DNA of 64,000 nt from Callorhinchus milii. Its lineage: Eukaryota. A model generated the notes under the pieces. It was not told the origin of the DNA. It saw only the letters and a list, made by a program, of their open reading frames with translations, and did no database searches. How positions within the stretch are numbered: the stretch's first letter is position 1; every line of letters starts with the position of its first letter. Shown here one piece after another: positions 13,513-27,731 of this stretch. Made by a program: the position numbers and the translations under genes. The stretch spans positions 15,130,001-15,194,000 of the forward strand of contig NW_024704742.1 of assembly GCF_018977255.1 (NCBI RefSeq), given 5' to 3'.

Positions 13513-15172
13513 AACATGTCATAGTAATTCACAGCAGGGCAGCTATTTTGGAGGGTGGAAGCATTTTCTCCTCTGCACCCAATTGAAAGAGTCACTCACA
13601 GATAGAGCAGTGGATTGATCACAATGACTGGCATCATACACAGATATTCCACATTGCATAGGCTTAGAGGAGTACTTTCTTGCTGTACAAGCATTCTAAT
13701 TAAATTCTCAAGGTTCATTATTCCACTATTAGGCCTTAGAGGCCAATTAAGTAATCATTTCTTAACAATATATCGCACTCTATAAAGGGCTTTGAGACAT
13801 TACACTATGTGAAAGATCCTATAGAATTACAAGGCTTTGTTAAAAAGCATGGAATAAGACAATTTCCCCCAGAGAAACCTGGTGTGTTAAGGCATTGATG
13901 AATGTACACTTATTTTTAGATTCTCCAACATTTCAGGGCAAAAGTACACAGGTTCAGAGTTGCGAACGCCAACTTTAAGAAAATTTTAAGAGCAGCCAAT
14001 AGGCTTATCGGTATATGGAGATGGGGATGTATGAGGAATTTTACAATCATAGCTCTTAATGTTTTACAGTACTTCCCTAAGCTCAACTCAATTGTTGAGT
14101 TCATCCCCATGAAGGAACAAATATGGCCTGTTCAAGGGAAAAACATCCATAATACAGTTGGGAGGATTCTGCTGGCTCAGGTGCAAAAAAACTGCTCAGT
14201 TATTCAATATAAGTGACCAAGATGACGACATTTGGAAACTTTCTTTCTATTTTATCCATGCACTAATGGGATAAACATTGGGTTGAAACATGATTGAACT
14301 CAGTGCTATGTTTTCTGGTTTGTTAGAGAGCTGAGACTTAAAATACCAACAGCGTGTATTTTACACAGTATCATTCATAAGAAAGTATGTCTCAAAGGGC
14401 TTGAGAAATGTTGTGATGGATTTTAAGCAGAGAGATAGATGTTGATCAAAGAAAAAGTTGTAGAGAAATATATTAGGAGATTTTTAAAGGCAGGGCAAGC
14501 CATAGTAGGATGCAAGACAACTATTTGGAACTAGTGTGGCTTGAAATACAGCTTAGTTCTCTAGAGATAGAAAACAACCACGTTCCTACCTTGGCTTTGT
14601 TCCGAACCACAATCTTTCACTGACTGATTGAATCTAAAGGCTTGCTAATTGCTTGTACTAGCAAGTGTCCTACAGACTAAAGTGACATGACATTTTTTAT
14701 TTCTGTTCTTAAAGGTTCGAAGATGACTATCTTTTATGTTAGATTTATATTCCATTTCATTCTTTTTTGTCTCTCCCTCATGTTTGTTCTCATTCCCAGT
14801 ATTCAGATTGCAAGGGTTTTGAGTTTCATATATAATGGTTTTGTTGACTGAGGTGATGTAGTTCTTTAGTTGTTCTGATATTATGGAACACCAGCATCTA
14901 GGTAACAAGCATTATATGTCAATAGAAATGTCAAATGGTTTTGTTCATAGAGAACTGATAAATTCTGTAAGTCTGGAGGTCTTGGGATTCATTTTTAACC
15001 TGTTCTGTCTCTGAATCTTCCCTTCAAGTAAAGCTAGTTGGGACTGAAATATGACGTGGACTTATAAGATATATTTATAAGATTGAAGTTGCATAACTAT
15101 CAGAAGGTAACACAGATGCTAAGAAGAAGTATCTATTCACAATTAACCTGACATCAATTAACAGCTGGTATC

Positions 15173-15440
15173 CAATACAATACAATACACACTTATATAG
15201 CTCCTTTCACATTGGGAGGGTGTCCCAAGGTGCCTGTGGATTCTGGCTGGTACTGGAGCTGAGGGGTTGAGGAAGGGAAAATATGACCGAAAGCATGGTC
15301 AAACAGGCATATTTTGAGATGTACTTCAAAGGAGAGTTGGTAGAGTACATCCTGGAGGAATCTGGGAATTGAGTTTGAAAGAGCAGCCATTAAGTGGCTA
15401 AAAATCCACCCACTGATGCTGGAGTGGATAGAGCTGGAGA
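15173..15440 (-). mobile_element. L2-clade LINE 3' end, older, (TATTG)n tail
   Basis: (caata)n tail, tatagctcctttcacattgggagggtgtcccaagg stem-loop, LKICLFDHAF translation. Confidence 0.75.
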
Positions 15441-15453
15441 TGTACAGTAGGCT

Positions 15454-15856
15454 ACAACAACAACAACTTGGATTTATATAGCGCCATCCACCCCGGACAG
15501 CATTTCTGAGCGCTTCACTGTAACAGATCCCGGGGCCGAGCCAGGGGGAGGGGGAGGAAGGTGACCAAAGGCACGGTCGAAAAGAAAGTTCTACAGCTGA
15601 GACCTGAAAATAGGAAGAGAGGGGGAGGCGAGGTGAAGGGAGTGAGGAAGGGAGTTCCAGAGCCTCGGGGCGTAGTGGCTGAAGGCATGGCCGCCGAGGG
15701 TGCAACGGTGGACTCTGGGGACAAGTAGGAGGCCAGACCTGGTGGAATGAAGGCAACTGGCACTGTTTTGAGGAGAGAGGAGGTCAGAGAGGTAGGGAGG
15801 TGCAGAGGAGTGGAGGGATTTGAAGACAAGGGTGAGGATCTTGAAGTCGAAGTTGA
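15454..15856 (-). mobile_element. L2-clade LINE 3' fragment
   Basis: ORF 15591-15944: FKILTLVFKSLHSSAPPYLSDLL..LGGHAFSHYAPRLWNSLP; (caa)n tail. Confidence 0.9.
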
Positions 15857-16544
15857 AGGCTAGTGTTAGTCGAGTGAAGAAAACGGCCATCTTGGTATAT
15901 AGGTAAAGGGAGTACAGTGAACAGTACACAACATGATTGGTCAAAAGTACAGTGTACAGTAATCAGTGAAATAAACCTAATGTCTCCTTGTTACATCCAC
16001 TAAGGCTTGACTATCATATCATTTGAACTATTCTCCACTGCACAGACCTTCCGTCATTTGCACTACATATGTGTCCATAAATACCATCTGACTTTAATAA
16101 ACCACAGTCTCTTTCAGACAATTGTTCTTTCCAATTTCCTAAGCAGATCAGAGGTATTTGTCAATGCATTGACTGGTATATTGTCTGTCTCTGTGGTTGC
16201 ATTAGGAAACATTGAAGCTACTGGCAGATTCCTCGCTCAACGTTATACACGTGAGCCCTTTAAAGATGCACTGGCCTGTCAACACTAGATTAAATACGAG
16301 AAAAAAAAGCACAGAGGTCTTGAATGTGGGAGATGAAATCCCTCCATCTAGGCTTCAATAATGATAGTTTCTTCCATCTGTTCTTCACAAAGAATTCAGT
16401 TCAGTTGATAACATATAAAACACAAATCTTTGGGTGAAAAATGTTTCATAAACAGATTCAATAATTATCGAATGTCTTATTGAACACGTTCTGAAATGTA
16501 AATTTTTTCACTCCTTTGTAACTAGCATAAGACAAGTAGTCAAC

Positions 16545-18560
16545 TATATATATATAACCTTCGCATGCGGTAGCATCTCAAAGCATTTAATAGTTGCGGA
16601 GTTTGATGCCAAGCCTTGGAGAAAGGGGAGGTGACCATAAGCATGGTTGAAAAAGAAGGTCTTCCTGTGTGAGGATCCATTCTGCAATATGGATGTAGTG
16701 GAGCCTGGCAAGGACTGGGATGATAGGCGTAATGATTGTACTGCAGATGAGGATATAGGCAGTGGATTTTTGAACCAATTGGATTTTTTGATGAATGATG
16801 GAACTGGGGAGACTGACAAGGAAGGAATTGGAATAATCAAGGCAGGAAGTGATGCATGCTTGCATGAGGGTTTTGGCTGCATTGGGTGTGAGGTATGGTC
16901 AAAAATTCTGTGAATGGAGTCCGATAATGTGATGGAGATGGAGGAAAGCAGTCCTGGTCAGGGACCAGATGTGGGATAGGAACGACAGCTCATAATCAAA
17001 CCTGATGCGAAGGTAATGCACAGGTTCAGTGAGTCTGAGGGATAGGCGTGGGAAGTTAAAGAAATTGGAGCCGCAGGTTAGAAGAAAACAGGAGTCAAGG
17101 AGTATGGCATCCGTCTTGTCAACATTCAGCTGCAGAAATTTGACTGTCATCCAGGCCTCGATATATGACAAGTAAGAGGACAGAAAATTGGTGGACCCAG
17201 GGTTGCAGCTGGAGAATAAGTAGATTTAGGTGTCGTCTGCATACATGTGGAACTTGACTCCTGTCTGTGGATGATATCATTAAGAGAGAGCTTGTAAATC
17301 AAAGAAAAGAAGGGGCTAAGGTTGGAACCTTGGGGTGTCCCACTGGGGCCTCAGCAGGGGCGGGAGGAACAAATATTTTCAGAGCCTTAGTGATGGTAGT
17401 GGGTCAAGTAGGACTTGAACCAGGAGAGAGCGGTCCCACTAAAGTGGATGAGGGAGGAGAGGCAGTTGAGCAGGATGGCATGATCGACACACCCAATGCT
17501 GTTGAGAAGTCCAGGAAAACAAGGAGGTGGAGGGAGTCATACTCCCAAAGAGAGAGGACGTAATTTGTGACTTTGTCTCAGTGCTGTGGGCAGGATGGAA
17601 ACTGGACTGGAAGGGCTCAAGTCAGGTTCCCCATCCCCCAGAGGATTGAGTTCAAAATCCTCGTACTCGCTTTTAAGGCCATCCTTGCCCTGTCCTACCT
17701 CTCCTACCTGCTAACTCCCTGCCAACTTGCCCGCTCCCTCCATTCATCGGGCTCCGACCTGCTCCATGTCTCCCGCCCGACCCACCCTACCATCAGTGGC
17801 CGGGCTTTCAGCCTCTCTGCCCCCACACTCTGGAACTCCATCCCACGGTCCCTTCACCTCGCTTCCTCCCTTGCCTCCTTCAAGGCTGATCTCAAGACCC
17901 TTCTCTTCAACCAGGCCTTTAGTCTCCCTCCCACCTCTCTGCCTTTTCTCATCCCTAAACCACCCCTACCCCATGCTCGGGCCCCGACACCTGACCATTC
18001 AGCGCTTTAGGACGTCCTCTCGACGTGAAAGGTGCTCTATAAATCAAATGAAGAGAAGAGAGAGTGGAGAGACAGGGTGAGAGTGAAGTTGTGTGGCAAC
18101 AATGTGTTTCAGGACTTTAGAAATTAAGGGGAAGTTTGAAATGGGCCAGTAGTATGCAAAGTTAGAAGGACCAAATGTGTTTTTTTGGGGGGTGGGGCGT
18201 GATGACAGTGTTTTTTGAGAGGGAGTAGGACAGAGCTGAACTGATTAACTGTTAATAAAGGGGGCAGAGGAGGGGAAGTTGAGTGACCAGCAGGTGGGTG
18301 GGGAGGGCGTCGAGGCAGCAGGTGGTGGGCTTCATGTGGGTGATGACGGTTGAGAGTGGGTGATCAGTTGAGAGAAATGGGGGACGAGGAGTGTAGGGTG
18401 GGGGCAATGGTAAGAGCAGTAGCGGAAGGATTGAGTGATGTAGAAGCCAAGTTGGTGGGGGGTGGGGGGTGTTGTGGGACATATGTTGGGAGAGGAAGCA
18501 GCCAAGCCGATGTTGTTTATCTTTGAGATGAAGAAATCCAGGACCTCTTTGCACTCAGCA
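16545..18560 (-). mobile_element. Old degenerate L2-clade LINE including reverse-transcriptase domain, interrupted by 17623-18046
   Basis: gtcgtctgcatacat at 17232-17246 reads MYADD on the minus strand; PQGS motif near 17320-17340; FLQLNVDKT and ITSCLDYSNS motifs; KPTTCCLDALPT near 18300; many stops and frameshifts. Confidence 0.85.
17623..18046 (+). mobile_element. Younger L2-clade LINE 3' fragment nested in the older L2 in opposite orientation
   Basis: ORF 17567-18010: PIPQRIEFKILVLAFKA..GRAFSLSAPTLWNSIP..FKADLKTLLF. Confidence 0.9.
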
Positions 18561-19824
18561 TTTGAAGTGGGGATTGAATATGCTTAAGGGGGCATGTGGA
18601 GAAGGTGATGTGTAGTGGAGAACAGGAGTTTGGGATTACTTTTGGCCTCTAGGATGACCAAAAAGTATAGCATTGAACATTTTTTAAATAATAAGTTCAC
18701 AATGTAAATTTGTCAATCTATCCGACAACTGGGGTGAAGGCCTAAACTTATTTTGCTATAAAGTCTTAACAGTTTCCAGTGATGGGTCTCTGATCTTTTC
18801 TAAGTGATCTACAATAACAGATGAATAAATACACTGTAGTTTCTTTCATAAACTAGCACTTAAAGGTGTTTTTACTTACCAGTTTCATAACATATTCTCA
18901 TTGTTTTTACAACCTGATTAGAGTGGGGGGGAAACTTTTGAATTCCCAAATGTCTGGGTAGAATTTTAGTCCATTGCCATCATATGTTTTGAGCCATTGT
19001 CTTGAGTTCCTTTGGTGTGGTTTCCATGGCTTGAGACATGTAGCATTCTAATTGTATCCACATATAACATAATTTATCTTAAAGCTATCCTTGATCGGGA
19101 AACTAAATATTTGTCTCTACAATTAAATAATTAGATTGGATCTAAAAAAAATTAAATTGACTCTGCAGAAGCTTTTGAGAAGATCAAGAGTGAATGATTA
19201 TTTGCACTCGTGGATAAATTGAACAAATAAATTTGGATTTTTATAATATTTATATAATGAAGGAAGGAATCAGTAGTTGGTCCAGGAGTAATTCCCCCAC
19301 CAATACACCATTGCCCCAAGGTCTATGATAACTAATGATTGCTTTTCCAAGTATTTTTGATAGATGTGATAACTAGCACCAGTGATATTATCACTGGGAT
19401 AATATCATAATCCACAATTTTGACCTTTTTGAATCAATTAGACTGAAGCCTATGACAGTAGATCAGTGCAATAAAGACCAAAAAATATTCCAAGTAGTGA
19501 ATTTTAATTATAGGGGCAATAATTATTGCTCATGATTAGAGGACCTCACTTACTAATCATGGTTGGGGTGTGTGTCCTTGAAAGAAGAGAGTGCAGCACC
19601 ATTAGCATTGATGAAGAAGCTGCAGCACATCTGGACAGTGGCAAGAAAAGATTAGGCCTCCACAGCCAGGAGTAGAAACCATGCCCAGCTGTACAACATT
19701 GCAAGAAATTGCTATAATTGTACAAGGAAGAGTTTCAAGGTTCCATCATCTGTTGAATGAATCAATTCCAAGCATGAAATCGAGTCAGACGCAAGGACCT
19801 TCAATAATCTCTGAGAAAACGGCT

Positions 19825-20405
19825 GGTCTCCCAATCCGCTGATGTCCTGTCAGCTTGTTTGATGGACATCAAAGCCTGGAGGAACGCAAATTTCCTGCAG
19901 CTGAATGTCGGCAAGACGTAAGCCATACACTTTGGCTCCCGTCAACATCTTCTCTCCTGCGGATCTGAACTCCTCAACCTCCCCGGGCTCGCCCTCAGAC
20001 TCACCGAATCCATGCGCAACTCATCAGGTTTGAGCCCCAGCTTTCCTCTCTCCCCCACATCTGTTGCCTGACCAGGACCGCTTTTTTCCACCTCCACCAC
20101 ATTGCCCGCCTCCGTCTGTACCTCACAACCAACCCAGGCGGAACCTTTGTCCATGCCTTCGCACTTCCCAGCTGGACTATTCTAATGCCCACCTCACTGA
20201 CCTCCCAAATCCACCATACACAAAATCCAATTAATTAAAAACACGCACAAACTCCATATTCCCATCCCCACCATACTTTCAAATCCCGCCTAAAGACCTC
20301 CCTTTTTGATCATGCTTATGATCACCTTGCCCTCCCTCTCCCCCTGGCTCGGGGTCAGACTCCGCCAATGTCAAGGGCGCGACATAAGTGCAAGTTGTTG
20401 TTGCT
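19825..20405 (+). mobile_element. L2-clade LINE fragment with internal deletion
   Basis: gcaaatttcctgcagctgaatgtcggcaagac (ANFLQLNVGKT), ctggactattctaatgcc, jump to 3' UTR near 20280, gttgttgttg tail. Confidence 0.8.
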
Positions 20406-20939
20406 GTTTCACACCTTGTAGTCTTTCCTGACAAAGCACGTTGGTTACGACAAAGGGAAAGCACTGGAACAAACAGTTGTTATTGGAACAAGTGAAAGAA
20501 GGAGATGCCAACATAAAATAGAGAAAGGAAACATTGAGTGTTCTGTGGTGATTCCAAATAATAATAATAATAATAATCCTTGCATTTGTGAAACACTCAC
20601 ACTTCATCTGGAAGGAACCTATTTCTCTGACACTACCATTAGCATTATCTTACAGGAGCTGAGGTGAGTGTAGCTCACTGCACTTGTCTGTTGTAGTATC
20701 ACTCAGTTTTTTCTTCTGAAATTCAGAGAATATTGAATACACAGCAGATTGGAAAAGCAGATATCTACTTTCAGTTTGCAAATATCCGATCAAAAGATTT
20801 GCATTGAAATTCGCAGATGGTGAATTGTGAATCCCAAGCTAGCAAAGTAATAATAATCCTTTCCAAGCAAAGGTTGGCAAATAAAACTACACACAGTGAG
20901 AGTTAATATGCAATGTAAATTTAGAAAAGCATAGAATAT

Positions 20940-21108
20940 GATCTGTTCAGTTTAATGTCTCATCTAAAGGATGGCACTTCTAATAATGTACTGTACCACA
21001 TCAGCATTGTACTGGAGTGTCAGCCTACACTCAAAGTGCCAACAAGGGACTTGAACCCACAATTTTCTGACTCAGAGATAAAAGTGTTAGAGAGTGAGCC
21101 AAGCTGAT
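20940..21108 (-). mobile_element. Older Deu-domain SINE, head and 5' body
   Basis: tttaatgtctcatctaaaggatggcac..acttgaacccacaattttctgactcagag..gagccaagctga. Confidence 0.7.
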
Positions 21109-24100
21109 ACACACACAGTTAATATAGCTGTATAAACTCTATTCTATATACTAGTAGAGGATTTCAGAGAACATATCTCGGTAGGACTTTATTCAAAGAC
21201 TACTCACACGAATACGTTTTGATGTGTGAAGATCATTTATATGATTTACGTTGAATGTACAGTTTGGAGATTTCAGACAAGCTGGAAAATATGATGCATT
21301 TGGAATGACTGGAAAAGAAACAAAAAGGTAGCTTATATAACAATTAACCTGTTTCTGTTTCTTTTGGACTAACAATGACTTTTCCAGAAATGTATTATTA
21401 CCCTCAGAAGGCAATCACATACCATGAAAGATTTTGGCTCAGAAAGAAAGGGAATGGCCAAAATGTTTGAATTGTCATCCAAGGGGCATTGAAAAGTCTC
21501 AACTCTGACATTTTCTTTCTCACTTTATATCGTAAAGGGAAAGTGTTCTGAAGGAGAACAAAATCAAAGAGCATATGGGTCAAGTTCCACCATTAAACTG
21601 GAATCAGGTGTTTGTGATGTTTTGCCACATAGCCTTCTTTTGTCCACATGATTGATCGCCTAATCGTCCAATAATGTAATTCTCCAGCCACAATTAACCA
21701 GTGTTGTATATGAAACATTTTTTTATGGATCATTCATCCAGGCAAGGCAAGAAGGAAGGAGTGTTTTGTCATCTCTTGTTATTAATATGTTTTTAATTGT
21801 AGCAAAATAGCAGAAAGCTTGTGGGAAGATGAACTTTTTCTCACCTCTCCCAGACGAGACAAGAAAGAACTTTGACGATAAATAAAATCCAGCTGCACAT
21901 AGAGAGAAACATTTTCAAACAACTCGAATCCTACAACAATTCGAGACTGGTGACCTACTCTGATCCTTTTCTAAGTCAACAGGGGCAGAATAACCCACAA
22001 GGAGATCTGAAACCTTCCAGCAGAAAAGAAAATCACACAAATGTTCAACATCATTTTTTGATCATTTTTCACCACATTATTAAATTTTGGGTTTTTTAAT
22101 GAGAAATTCAAAGTGTGTTTATAATTCTCCTACTGACATTCATCAGCAGTAGAGAGCTAATGGATTGGCTCCAAGAAGTTAAAGAGCAGTATTCAGATTA
22201 AGGGTGCAGCTAAAATGTTTCTTCGACTACAAATTGCACAGACGATAAAATATATTTTAAAATATACCCTGTGAAACGCTTTGAGATGTCCTCCTGATGT
22301 GAAAGGTGCCTTACCAAATGTAAGAAATATTAATAATAATGATGTTAAAAACTAGAATAAAAGATTGTAGTAAAAATTGACGAAAAGATTCTAGAATCCA
22401 AACTTTGGATCAGTAATAGGAATTGGAAGATGACTAAAAGCAGCACCGATTCACGTTATTGAGACCTAACTGCAAATAATTCATTCAAACTGTCTGGTGT
22501 TCTCAATCCTGGAACACAAGATTTCTTCATGCATGAGGACCAGCTACGAGAAGGTGTGAGATATCTGACCTTGGCTTGGAAGCATTGAACAGTTGACCTC
22601 CTCTTTAGAGAGGCTACAGTAAAAAAAAATTCATGGTGGGGCTTGGATTTCTGTAGAGAAATCTGCAATTTGTGAAGCCCAAAATATACTTTGAGATGCT
22701 TTGATGTGATAAGGTGCTATTTGAAACACAAAGATTATTATTATTTTTTAGAGCACACTGTCTTGACAATGCAATTCTCTTAGCCAAAAATGAGATGGTT
22801 CCCTTTCCGCAGTTCATATACTAAGTATGCCAACCCACTATGCCACTTTCCATGTTTATTTGGGGAAAATAAAATAAACTATCAATCAAACATTGCAGTT
22901 AACTTTCTGTGCTGTAGTACATCAGAATAAAATGCACGTCTCTGTGCAAACCTAAATATGAACAGGTTAGACTAAATTGGATCGATGGTCAGCAAAGTGG
23001 ACCCATTCACACTTCTTTAATGATGTTCATCAGGTGCAATGCACTCCTGTGTTTTATGACACATAAATCGACAAAAATATCTCCAGACCAGAATAGAAAT
23101 CCCTACCTCTTGTACTGCGCGGCCAAATGTAATTTTGTTCCTCAATGTAGCCCTAGGTTTCTGAGTATTTATAACCTGATACATGAAACCAACCAGGAAT
23201 GTACACTTTTGAAGGTGTGAGTGGTTGCCAATCAATCACCTTTAACGTGGTGTTTTACTCATACTTCACATTCTGAAAACCCAGAACACTCTAATCTCAA
23301 CAATTCTGCAACCCGGTGGGTCGGTCTCTCTCTCGCACACTGGAACATTATCTCACAGCTCTGCCTGTCAGGGAGTATAGTTTAACACTCAGGAAGCTAT
23401 CGTTGGCGAGTACGATGCCCTATTGTCATGATGGCTATCTGATTTCACCAAACAAACATTGGCAGCAGGTGCTTCTTGTCACTGTGTGGTGTACCTTTCA
23501 ACAGGCCAGAACTTTGCAGTTTATCTTTTGAACGATGAGAGCTGTACTTTAGGTGACCCCACCCCCACCAGCATTTAATATGATTTACTGCACTTCTTAA
23601 TGTCCTGAAAGGAGGGTAACAAGGAGTGGTGCATATATTACAAAACAAGAAGCACTGGAGGTATTGTGCTATCCAGCAAGGCCCGTTCCTGAGCCCAGCT
23701 AAATCTGTCTGCTTATCCAGAACCACACGTCCCCTATTCTTCTTCTTTAAATGCTTGTTCCATTTTCTGATGACACAGTTTCTTTTTTAATTTTGCCTTA
23801 ACATTTGTATTAAATATACTTCTCAGTAATTGTAGACATTGAATGTCACATAGCTGAGAGGGTCACACGGCCACATGGGAAAGGAAGAAAAACCAGCAGA
23901 AATAAAATTTAGGTTTCACATAAGTTTTGATCAGTTATTTTATTATATTTTGCTGCAGTTTTAATTGATAAATGGTTAATTTTTTTAAAACATGTTCAAT
24001 GCTAGTGAAAGATTGAGATGATACTTGCAGCCTAGGATGTGTTAATTTACTGAATGGTGCATGAGTCTGACTCCCCCAAACTTAATCTCCAAGTAACATC

Positions 24101-24134
24101 TCATCTAAAGTATAGCACACCCCCTCCCCCAAAA

Positions 24135-24675
24135 ATGCAACGCTTCCTCAGCATTTCAGTGTCAGACAGATTGCGGCCTCAAGTCCTGGTCTGGAGCTCT
24201 AACCCATAAAAATTGTTTCATTAGATCTTTAACATCCACCTGAACAGACAGATGGGATTTGGGTGTAATATCTCAAAAAGACTCCACCTTTAACAATAAT
24301 AATCCTTGCATTCGGTATTTTGTATAGTTCCCTTCACATCAGGAGGATGTCCCCAAGTGCTTCACATAATTAACTGTGAAGTGGAGTGAACATGAATTTG
24401 TAGGCGAACACAACAGCCCAATTGCACATAGCTATGTCCCACAAACAAGTGACCAATTATATTTGGAGGATTGTTGGCTAGGATGCCAAAGGAAACTCCC
24501 TTCTCTTTTCGAGCAGTGTCAAGGGATCTTTATCATTCACATGAACAGGCACATGGGACCTCGGTTCAACAGCTCATCCGAATAATGTAGCACACCGCCA
24601 ACACTGAATCCGAGTATCAGACTGGAATTTGAGTTCAAAGTCCCAATATGGGGCTTGAAATCACAAACTTCTGAC
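24135..24675 (-). mobile_element. Older Deu-domain SINE copies (partial copies then near full copy 24295-24675)
   Basis: Same diagnostic blocks as 8362-8750. Confidence 0.7.
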
Positions 24676-25244
24676 TATTATGAAGTGAAACAACTTTGGG
24701 TAAATCTTCATTTTAAAAACAAAATATTTTATAAGCAGCACGGTGGAACAGACAGAGGTGGGAAGAGTGGTAGTTAGGCTCCTTGACACAGTTCCTGACA
24801 GAGTTATTTTGGGAAGCAGTGAAGCCTGGAAGAACTTTCTGTTATGAAATGTAATGTTCATAGCAAAGCAGTGCTTTATGAAGGAATAAAATAATAAACA
24901 ATAAATTAAATAACCTTCCAATGAAACATTGCAAAATAATAAAACAATATACACTGAATATACTTTAATTGATTTTTTTTTTCAAATTCAATATAAAAAT
25001 GGTCCGTTACTGTTATTTGTTAATTGAGAATGGATGCAGCATATATGATGAAAAGATGGGAAATTATAGATAACAAGTAGTGTATCGAATAGCAATTCTA
25101 ATCAGGTTAATTTTAATTGCTATAATCCAATGATATAGTATTACAATGTAGCAGAACCCAGGAGCCTTTTCTCGTGTTTGATCTGTCTGTGGTACAGGCT
25201 CCTCTTGCTTGTTTACTGAATGCGATTTCTTACCATATTTTGTG

Positions 25245-25473
25245 TGTCAGCCTGGCTCATTTGGACAGTACTAAGCGTCTCTAAGTACCCTGGTCAACAA
25301 TCCCCCAAATAACATGAATCATTCACTTTATGTTTTTTTGTGGGACATTGCTCTGTAGAAATTGGCTGCTGCACTTGCCTACAAATTACATAGTCACTGC
25401 ACTTTACTGTAAATCCTGTGAAGCATTCTGAGACATCCTCCCGACATAAAAGGTACTGTATCAAATGCAAGCA
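25245..25473 (+). mobile_element. Older Deu-domain SINE, internally deleted
   Basis: Head gtcagcctggctca then gtgggacattgctctgtagaaattggctgc and tail tatcaaatgcaag. Confidence 0.7.
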
Positions 25474-26129
25474 TTGAAACAGAAAGCTGTAAGCAATGTT
25501 TGCACACAGATTTTATATTCAAGACTTGCTGACAAGCAATATCAGGTGTTAGAATAAATCATAATGGCATTAAAGGGACATCAGGGGCTTTTCTATTCCA
25601 TGTGCACCAAAATGGGATTAAGCTCTCAATTCCTCTATTCAGTACATTTCACAAATTTGTCCCTGTGAGCTTCTAAAACATTTAATAGTAGTTTATTTTT
25701 ATTTTTACATCTTTAACTATATATATTTATTATATTAAACTAGCAGTAGAGCTAGTTATCAGACCGTAGAGACATATTTGTGGAATTTAGTGAATGGAGA
25801 ATAGTGTCTGGCCTACATCAAGTTTTGTTCCATATGGATGCACAAAGTAGAGAAGCATGTACTTAGTATGTCAATCTTAACTTAATACACCTCTTCTGTC
25901 CTTCGCAGTCCTAAGTCTAGATTTTGTGTATTGAAAGAAAGAACCTAAATTTTTAGAATGTCTATAACCTTAAAATGTCCCAACATGTTATAGAATATGT
26001 ATTTGTAAAATAAGAACACCTTTAATGCCCGTGTTAAAGCTTATGTTTTCAACCATGCTTTTAGTCACCTTTCGCCCTCCCACCACCCTCCTCACTTCTT
26101 TACCCCCACCACAGTTCAGCGTACTAGTC

Positions 26130-26953
26130 CTCAGGCGCCGACACCATCAGCATCCAAGGCTGCATTCTCCACCTCTCAAAGCCAGTCAGGAACCTCGGCG
26201 TTTTGTTCGACCCTGAGCTGTCCTTTCTCCCTCACATCCGCACCACAACTGGCACCGCCTTCCATCACCTCCGGAACATCACCAGACTATGGCACTACCT
26301 CACCCCTCACGCTGCTGAAACCCTGGTCCACGCCTTTGTCACCTCAAGGCTGGACTATGGGAACTCTCTCCTCGCCGGCCTTCCCGGCACCTCCCTCCAC
26401 AAGCTGCAGGTCATTCAGAACTCTGCAGCTCGTGTACTGTCCCGCACCAGGCTTCGCGACCACATCACTCCCACCCTCGCTCGCCTCCACTGGCTCCCCA
26501 TCCCCAGAGGATCGATTTCAAGATCCTCATCCTCACCAACAAGGCCATTCACGGCCTTGCTCCCTCCTACCTCTCCAACCTACTATCCCCCTACCTACCT
26601 GCCCGTACCCTCCGTTCCTCCGGCTCCGGTCGGCTCCACGTCCCCCGCCCCAACCGCCCTACCATCGGTGGTCGGGCCTTCAGCCTCTCAGCCCCCAGGC
26701 TCTGGAACTCCATCCCCCAGTGCCTTTGCCTTGCCTCCTCCCTCTCCTCCTTCAAGGCCGGTCTCAAAACCTTTCTCTTTGACCGAGCCTTCAGCTCCCC
26801 TCTCGACTCTCTTCCCCCTCCTCGCTCCCTCCCTTCCCTCCCCTCACCCTGACCATTCCCCCCTGCTCGGGTCATGACCCAACTGTGCAACGCCTTGGGA
26901 CGTCCTCCTGACGTGAAAGGCGCTTTATAAATGGAATCTTGTTGTTGTTGTTG
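26130..26953 (+). mobile_element. L2-clade LINE 3' ~820 bp, young, inserted in an older L2 3' end
   Basis: ORF 26203-26877 begins FDPELSFLPHI..AETLVHAFVTSRLDYGNSLLAGLP..LQVIQNSAAR..HITPTLARLHWLP then frameshifts; (ttg)n tail. Confidence 0.95.
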
Positions 26954-27084
26954 TAGTTCGCTGTGAGAAGCACTTTGAGATGTCCACCCAATGTCAAAAG
27001 GCACTGCAGAAAACTGCTGTTGTTTTTGTGATTTTGTTTTCAATGTGATAATTGTTGTTTGTAGACCAAAGAGATAAATAATAA

Positions 27085-27263
27085 ATAATAATAATCCTTG
27101 CATTTTGATATAGCGCTTTTCACGTCTTCTCGATGTCTCAAAGCGCTTCATGGAATAGACTGTAAAATGAATTGACCATATATTTGTGGGCGAAACGCGG
27201 CAGCCAATTGCGCGCAGCAGTGTCCCACAAACAGTCATGGATTGAAAATGACCAATTTATTAT
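27085..27263 (-). mobile_element. tRNA-Ala-headed SINE family, 5'-truncated
   Basis: Matches 3' part of 46982-47308. Confidence 0.85.
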
Positions 27264-27499
27264 TTAGACCTTTTGTACCCAGAAAGGAAATGTAGAAGCA
27301 ATGGTTCAAACAAAAACATCAGTACAGTTATGAGGAATCTTGATGCATGAGGGAGAAGGGAATAGAGGGATATAAAAGAGAGAAATAGGAGGAGTAGAGG
27401 CTCATATGGAGTATAAACACTGGCATGGATAAGATGGACCAAATCAAGTATCATTCTATGTAAAAATCCCCCAAAGAGCCATTAGATGAATAACCAATC

Positions 27500-27731
27500 A
27501 ATCCAGGAGATGATTGGCCCACATACCAGGAAAAATGCCCTCCGCAAAGATCTTTAATGTCTTCCCAAACAGACAGATAGGAGCTTGATTTATTATCCCA
27601 TTTGAAGGACAGCATCTCTGATAATACAGCACTTCCCTGGCCTAAGCTTAGAATCCAACTGCTGACATTGGGTTTGAACCTATGAGCTTCTGACCCAGAA
27701 ACAAGAAAACTAGCAAGAGAGCCAAGCTGAC
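27500..27731 (-). mobile_element. Older Deu-domain SINE, head and body
   Basis: gatctttaatgtc..tttgaaggacagcatctctga..gggtttgaacctatgagcttctgacc..gagccaagctgaca. Confidence 0.65.

Noticed and set aside
19379..19407. Small overlapping palindromes (also 37543-37567)
   Set aside because: 9-10 bp stems are expected occasionally in 64 kb of AT-rich DNA
26203..26877. Longest ORF (224 aa)
   Set aside because: L2 ORF2 fragment that frameshifts into a Pro/Ser-rich off-frame tail
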